Shown in pieces: positions 55,370 to 64,000 of a stretch of 64,000 nt of DNA. Each line of letters starts with the position of its first letter. Position 1 is the stretch's first letter. The stretch comes from the human T2T-CHM13v2.0 reference genome, Homo sapiens, in NCBI RefSeq assembly GCF_009914755.1, contig NC_060930.1. One strand, 5' to 3'. A model generated the notes under the pieces. That model ran no database searches, was not told the DNA's origin, and was given only the letters and a program-made list of their open reading frames with translations. Position numbers and translations under genes: made by a program.

Positions 55370-56215
55370 ACTTTCTAATTTAAGATCATTTAACTTTTAG
55401 CTGCTGCAAAACTAGTACATGGAGTTCTCGTATACTCTTCACCTGGACTCCCCAAATGGTAATATCTTACAAAACTGTAGTACAACGATGGAAATCAAGA
55501 AGGGAATGTAGGTAAAGAGCAGTACAGTACAGTACTTCTAACTAATCTGCAGCTGTCATTCAAATTTAGCCAATTATCCCACTAACAATTATCATTGTTA
55601 GTAACAATTATCATTGCGGTGTTTGTCAGATGGTGACTTTCTAGTTATCATCCTTCTGCATTTATCAATTGGAATTCTACTACAATGAAGAGCTACCTCT
55701 TCTGAGCTATTTATTCATTCAGTTATTTATTTGTATTAGTGTGGTCTCATGGATATTTCCTTTATCCTATAATCCATTACTATCTACTTTATTTCTTTTT
55801 TTAGAGACCCTCCAGCTCTGTCACCCAGGCTGGTGCAGTGGTGCAATCATAGCTCACTGCCGCCTCAAAGTCTTGACTGAGCTCAAACAATCCTCCCACC
55901 TCAGCCTCCTGAGCAGCTGGGACTACAGGTGTGCACTGCCACACCTGGTTAATTTTTTTTTTAATTTTTTTATAGAGATGAGGTCTTGCTATGTTTCCCA
56001 GGCCGGTCAAGCATCACTCATTTTGTTGCCCACATTGTTGTACAACTGGCTATCGAGAGTTTGGTACAAGTTTACTCCTGTGTCCATTTGCCATGCTCCC
56101 ATCATTAAAAAAATCATTTCCTTACTTTCTGGGACCACAAGACGTTCCAGACTCATCTTGTGTTTTCTCTGTCCCTGCTTTAGAATCAGTCTTTTCTCCT
56201 ATGAGCCCTGCTTTC
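55370..56215 (-). mobile_element. Old L1M 3' fragment with partial AluJ insertion (55790-56006)
   Basis: CCTTACTTTCTGGGACCACAAGACGTTCCAGACTCATCTTG L1MC/D-type motif; Alu motifs inside. Confidence 0.7.
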
Positions 56216-56842
56216 AGTATTATTTTAATGTTAGATTTATAACGTTCTGTTCAAGTTCTTGGAAAATTAATATTTACCATATGGGAGATCTCTATGTAGG
56301 AGATATTAGATATTCTTCTACCATCTACAGAACTGATTTCTTATGAAACACTGGTCCCAAAAACATGTCAGATTATGAGGAGCATAGCCTATTTTGATAC
56401 ATATGCTAAAAAATGGGAAGCCACACAACTAGGATTTTCACCAAAAAATCTGCTTTACTCTTTCTTGCTTCTATATTTCTTTTTAGTAGGTAACTACAGG
56501 TCCAATATCTTTTAGACTTTTTGTTGTTGTAGACTTTGTTTTTTGCTAAGAAATTCTTTTTGCCCCGTGTAAATATCTTCTGCAGTTTAGCTCCTCACTG
56601 GCTTGAATTCTCCCCTCATCATATTTTGTCCTGACACCTTCCCTCTTTGCTGGATTTTTGATAACAGCATCTCTGTTTCTCTGGATCTCATGACAATTTT
56701 CCAGTCAATCTGATCAATATATACAGCCTCAACACTGAAGTGAACCTGAAAGTTTCTTGACCAAAACTAGAGTCTAATGCCTCCATCAAATATATCCCAA
56801 CTATATATTTTTTCAAAATAGAATGTGTGTGAGTGTTTGTGA

Positions 56843-57341
<499 letters not shown>

Positions 57342-58282
57342 TAAGAATCCAAAATAAAAAATGAAATGTTTTTTACTTTCTAATTTGAAATAATTCTGTC
57401 CTTACAAAACTGGCAAGACTAGTACCTAATGTTCTCATAGACCCTTCACTGGGTATATGTATAATTTTCTTATATATTGCATTTCATTGTATATTACATT
57501 CGTGATCTTCCCACTCAGAACTAGTAGGGTCATGTGGTAAACATCTGTTGAAAATGCCTTAGTGTTATATTCCTGTGGGGAAACCACCTCTAACCCACAT
57601 TATCAACCATGTGATTTGGAGAGATTGACCCATTCTTTGTTCCTGGGCTTTACTTGGCTTTGGCCAGTCATCAATGGCTGCGTGCTTGGTTTAAGGGTGT
57701 GTCCTTGATCCAATTCAGGCCATCGAGATGCATGGAGACTTTCACTAGGTCTTATGGAAGTTTCTTCTCTATTCCATGGAGGTCCCTGGATGCTACATTA
57801 TTATGTTTGTCATCCGTGGGAGCCAGCCCAACTGTGAAGGTTAAGAGAGAAGAGCCTAGAGAATTTCTGAGCTTTGAGAATGGATGCAATTAAGCCTGAG
57901 GCCAGCCCTACCTCCAAACCAGTTTTGTGAACCAATGAATTTTCTTTCCCTCCTTTTTTTTTCCCCTAAGTATTTTTGATTTTGGTTTTCTGTAGCTTGG
58001 AAAAGTTTCTGTTGATAACAGATCTTTTTCTGTGCATTCTATCATGTTATTTGTCCCTGTGTTGGCACTTATCTTAGTTAATTATGTGGCTGTTTTTCTT
58101 CAACTAAATTATGATGTGCTTGAAACTGTGGACTAAATCACTTACCTGCCTTTCTTATATTTGTATGGAGCTTAGTCCTTCCATTTAGCAGCACTCTGAG
58201 GGCCTAATTTCCACTAGGCCCAGAACTGGGTCTGGTTCTCCATAACTGTTTATGGAATCGTGAATTTTATTTAATATGCTAC

Positions 58283-58800
58283 CTGTTTTCGTTTTCTATT
58301 ATTGCATAGCAAATTACCACAATCCTAGTGGCTGAAACAAGTTACAGGTTCTATGGGTCAGGAGCCTGCGAGCAGCTCAGCTGGGTTCTCTGCTTAGGGT
58401 CTTGCCAGGTCACACTCAAGGTGTCAGCTGGGCTGTGTTCTCATCTGGAGCCTGACTGGGGAAGAATTTGTTTTAAGCTCATTACACCTGCAGGCAGGAT
58501 TCAGTTCGTGCAGCTGTGTGGCTGAGTGCCCCTGGTTTGCTGGCTGTTCACTGGAAGCTGCTAGAGGCTCTCACTGTGGGCTTCCTCAGCGTGGCTGCTC
58601 AGTTCCTCAAGGCAGGAAGGAGAATCCCGGTCTCTAGTTCACTAAGGCAGAGTCTTAGATAATGTAACATAATCACAGAGTGGTGTCCTGTTCCCTTTGC
58701 CACATTCTATCGATAAAAACAAGTCACAAGTTTCATTTACACTCAAGGCTAAGGGATTGTACAAAGGCATGGCCATTGGAGGTCTGTCCTCCATGCTACC
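58283..58800 (-). mobile_element. MLT1E/F-like solo LTR
   Basis: AAATTACCAC...AGTGGCTGAAACAA, TCAAGGTGTCAGCTGGGCTG, CTTTGCCACATTCTAT. Confidence 0.75.
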
Positions 58801-60972
58801 TTAAAAGTTCCTGTTCAAAGAGTTTTCTTTAAACATAAAAGTGGGTTCGATGTCTCTCAACATTGATACCTCTCATAGTAGGCAATTAGATTTTTAAAGT
58901 TATAACTACTTTTTTTTCTACTCAGGAGTGGCATTAAGTTTGCTTGAAATTTCTTCTTATGATCACCTGTATTTTATTTAGGTTGAATCGTTTTGCAAAT
59001 ACTGGTAAAATGATTCCCCGGAATGTGTTTAACTTTTCAAAATACTTTTATATTCTTTTGATGGCATTAAAAAAAAAAAGCAGTGGCTCTGAGTCAGTTA
59101 TGTTGGAAATTTGATGTGAATATTTTCCAAGAGCCCAAAGGACTAAGGACTGTCTCCTATAAATATTTCATTTTTGTTCTAAATCTAACAGCTGGCCTTC
59201 TCCTCCTCTCCCCCAATTTTTTAAAAACTAAAGGCGTGGTGTAAAACAGCAACAACAACAACAACCTCCTACACTCCTTTACCCAAAGTAAAAATTAACA
59301 CGTTAATAGACTTGTGAAATTTGGCCAGATTTTCCTTTATCTATACAGAATTCCTAGATGTTGACTGGCAGATTAGATTTCTCAATATTTACTTGGCTAG
59401 ATAATTGTAACAAATAATCCATTTGGAACATAATTAAGAGATAATAAACAAAAAATAGGCAAATAAATAATCATCAACACTCCAAAAACATTTTCAGCCA
59501 GTTAATTATTTTCTTGCATATATTTTCATGTTTTTAATGTTTTACTTTACATCTACTAATTAATTTCTCCATATTGTTTATACATAGTCTTTGAACATCG
59601 TGATTTCTATCCGTGGTTCATAGTTCGATGAGATAGCTTTCTCTTTTACAAAAAGTCTTTTAAAAATAACTTACCATATTCCTATCTTTAGGTTTTAAAC
59701 ATCGTTTTACATAATTTGTGTACTTTTTTATAAGCACCATGTCTTAATTTTCTAGCACACCTGGAAATGTTATAATGTGACTTAGTCTTTATATGAATGA
59801 TCTGTCCTTTATATTCTTGATGATGAACTATCAAAACGCCAGTTTAGAGGATGGCTTTCAGAAAGATGGACTTGGAGAAAAAGCGCTCCCTAGCTGCTGT
59901 TTTACAGTGTGGACACTAGATGGTGCAGTGGTCATACTGATCAGCCAATGTAATACTGGTGAGACACCAGAGACTTGATGTTTGTGCTTAATAGCTTCCG
60001 TTGAAAAGACAGATGTACCTATAAATGTATTGTTTGAATAGTTCTCTCTCGTGAAGTACTAAAGTCCTTGAGAAGCAATATGAGATAAATTACTTTTTGT
60101 TTTTAACTATTTAATGTTTATTTATCTTCCAATCATTTAAAAACCTTTATTGAACCATTTTGTTAAGTAAAAATCCAGTCCCTATTGGGGTAAATTGTTT
60201 GCAGAATACAATTGATTCTTAAGTACATTAAGTCTTTCTAAGTGGACATTTGTTTTCAATTTAGAAAAAAAAGTCTATGTTCCAGTTCTTCGAACAAATA
60301 TTTTTGAAGTTTTTTAGAAACTTTTTAAGAGTTGCTGTTTTCAGCCAATAGAGCATAATCACATTTCTGGAATGAGATATATCAGACAAAGCCAATGTCC
60401 TTGACTAAATTGAATCTTTTCTAAATTGATGTCCAACAGAACTAACGTAGATGTTATAATCTGCATATCCAAAGGGTTTTTCTTTATCTTGGCTGGAAAC
60501 TTGGAGCATCTGCAAGCTTGGTGTCTTCACATTAGATTACTCTTTGTGTGCTAGAATTTGCGATCCAAGCCTGAATCCTTTAATTACCTTTGAGTTATAT
60601 AACACCCAGGGGACAAACTGGAAGAGATGCTGCTGTATAACACTCCGCTCTCATGACATAGCTTTGGAAGGTCTCTCTTCTCACGCATTTTCTAGATTAC
60701 GTATTTTACAAGTCGTGGGGTGATTTTCTGTTCCTGAAAAAGCAAGTTTGCTGAATTGCATTAATTCAAAAAGAAGCTGTGCTTAAAATACAAGAAAACA
60801 AAAAGTTTAACAGATTTTACATTTATTTACTTTAAGCATAGTGTTCATGACTACCTAAATGGCTTCAAGGGAAAAGTTTATTTCTAACATTTAGCTTTTC
60901 AGTTTTAAAACAGAAGTTGAAAGAGGGAATATTTGTGGTTTTTAAAGTTAACTTAAAAATTGTTTGAAGAGG

Positions 60973-61271
60973 GGCTGGGAGCGGTGGCTCAGGCCTGTAA
61001 TCCTGGCACTTTGGGAGGCAGAGGTGGGTGGATCACTTGAGGTCAGGAGTTCGAGACCAGCCTGGCCAACATGGCAAAACCCCGTCTCTACTAAAAATAC
61101 AAAATTAACCGGGTGTGGTGGCACACACTTGTAGTCTCAGCTACTCGGTAGGTTGAAGCATGAGAATCACTTGAACCCAGGAGGCTGAGGTTGCAGTGAG
61201 CCGAGCTCATACCACTATACTCCAGCCTGGGTGACAGAGTGAGACTCTGTCTCAAAAAAAAAAAAAAAAAA
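60973..61271 (+). mobile_element. AluSx/Sz
   Basis: TSD AAAATTGTTTGAAG / AAAATTATTTGAAG. Confidence 0.95.
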
Positions 61272-62956
61272 TTATTTGAAGAAGTCTAAATTTTCTGACA
61301 CTGCTTGTATTATAGGTATATACTACTTAAAACTCTATGCTAACATACACAAAAAGCAACAAACTACTATATCAGATTATATATTTATGTGCTTTAATTT
61401 GTATAAAATATATTTTGGGGTTGTGATTTACCCTTATAATTAGATGAACTTCTTTTGAGAAGTTGAATGAAATGTAAAAAACATTTTTCAATTTTAAGTT
61501 ATATTTTAAGAACACCAAGAATTTTGCTGCAGTGGATCTTCTGGTAGAGGGAAGATTCAGTCTTTTAAAATTTTATTTTAGCATGCTCTGTGTCCAAAAC
61601 CCTGTGCCAGGCAACAAAAAAGACACATAAAAGTAGCCAACTTGGTCCCTGCCCTTGGGCACTCACAGTCAAGGTCATCAGTATTTTAAAATAAAATATC
61701 ACCTAACATAGGGAAATAAAATTATGATCCCAGATAACAGTAGAGAAGATGAGAGAAGGACCCTAGGGGTTAAAAAGGTCAGGAGAGGCTTTGTGAGAAG
61801 GGAAACATTAAATAGTATTAAAGATTATGTAAGATTTTGACTTAGCAAAAAAAGGTGTGAAAAAAACTCCAACCAGGAGAAATGTGATGAGCAGAGACAT
61901 CGAGTTGAGAATGCCCCGTGTGAGTTTTCAGTTTCGCTGGAATTACAAGCTAGAAGAGGAGATGAGACCAAATTGATATATCGGAACCCTATTGTGCAAG
62001 GCTTTGAATCACAAAACTCAGACATTTGAGCTACAGCCTCTAAACAGTAGATAACAGTTGAAAATGTTTAGGTACCAGTGTGAGATCCTGAAAACCATTT
62101 AAAGAGATTAACCTGGTAACCATATCGTCGATGGAAAAAAAAAAAGTGAGAGAGGAGAGATGCAAGGAGAGCCTAGAAGCACCTGTTTAGGTAGCTTACA
62201 TATGAAATAAGAGCTTCAGCAAAGGTTCAAGAAGTGCAACCAAAACCAAGGGAAAGCGAGAGGTATGGTAAGAGAAATATGACTATCAATATAATGTTAT
62301 AGTAGCATGTACTGTGCAGGTAAGTTCTCATTATTTATTTTTCTAGATTTGTCTAAATCTGGTCCAAGACACTCTATCCCCCGTTCGTTTGCCAACACCT
62401 GTGAGAATTCCACAGTCAACTTGCTTACTAGGCCCCTCCCTTTCCCTCTCATGGATTAAATCAGCCATAGTCCAAATGCAAAGAGGGAAGGAGCTTCATT
62501 TACTGTTGTTCCTTCACAAAGGAACCATTGCAGTCAAGTGCAGGGCTCCATGAGAGCTGGAGAGGGGTCCCCAGACCTCCATCCTCACGGTCCAGGATGG
62601 GGAAGTCATAGCCAGATTTAGCAGTTCCCCTTTGTCAGTGCAATGCCTCATCCTCCATGTTTCCCCTTCTAGGATGATCTAGTTTGATTCAACTCTTCTT
62701 GGCCCTTAACTTTCCTCAGGGAGGCAGGGGAGGCCAGAAGTCAAGAGAATAGATATGTAGCATTAGGCTTTCCCCATAAGAAAGGTTGAGCATGGTAGCC
62801 ATGGAAGGATGTGTAGGTTGTTCACTGCTCAAGAGCATTGACTGTGGGGAAGAATGGGGCCGAAATGCAGCCCATACCCTGCTTGCCAAGCTGGGTACAA
62901 AATCACTCCTGCCAACAAGAAAAGGAGGAAAAGGACCTTTTAAAAAAATTTGCTGT

Positions 62957-63682
<726 letters not shown>

Positions 63683-64000
63683 AAAAAATTTGCATAAAGG
63701 AGACTTATGGGCCAAGAGAGGTCCTGGTTGAAGGAAGGAAAACATTTTGCTTTGCAGGGAGGATGAGTCTTTAGTAGAAAACAAAACAACAACAACAACA
63801 AAACATCCCCCAAACCAGCAAAAATGCCCATTTTAGCAAATTGCCCTATTATGTGTGTAGCTTTTAAGTAGATTTTCATATATAAGAGAGACAAGGAAAG
63901 AGGCGAGCGGACAGCTGTGATGAAAGAGCCCAAGGAACCCCCCCAATAAGGCACCATCTCAGAGAAGGCACTTCTTTGGGGGTCACTCAGTGAGACCTGG

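Noticed and set aside
55669-56346. 225-aa ORF
   Set aside because: Chance read-through of antisense L1 plus Alu; non-ATG start, no domain

Overview
Primate (human-like) genomic DNA, repeat-rich (Alu, MIR, L1, L2, MaLR/ERV1 solo LTRs, DNA transposons). The single CpG island (~21.0-22.1 kb) holds a coding first exon (ATG 21392, donor after 21608, 72 codons + 1 nt). Its peptide carries the RGRSQSD motif of PHACTR-family long N-termini, so I call it the distal first exon of PHACTR2 (6q24). Everything downstream is intron 1 and no further coding exon was found. The intron probably contains the antisense lncRNA PHACTR2-AS1, bracketed by LTR-derived signals, and it contains an old 5'-truncated ANP32A processed pseudogene interrupted by an Alu. 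The most unusual observations are: (i) a ~350-bp retroposed chimera at 4621-4975 (L1PB-type 5'UTR start joined at its splice donor to an MLT1A LTR end, with AATAAA, A-tail and TSDs); (ii) a 141-bp inverted duplication at 1935-2075 / 2984-3124; (iii) an Akt/14-3-3-type motif in the isoform-specific PHACTR2 N-terminus. No tRNA, rRNA or CRISPR was found. Repeat subfamily names and gene identities come from recalled consensus sequences, not from database searches.
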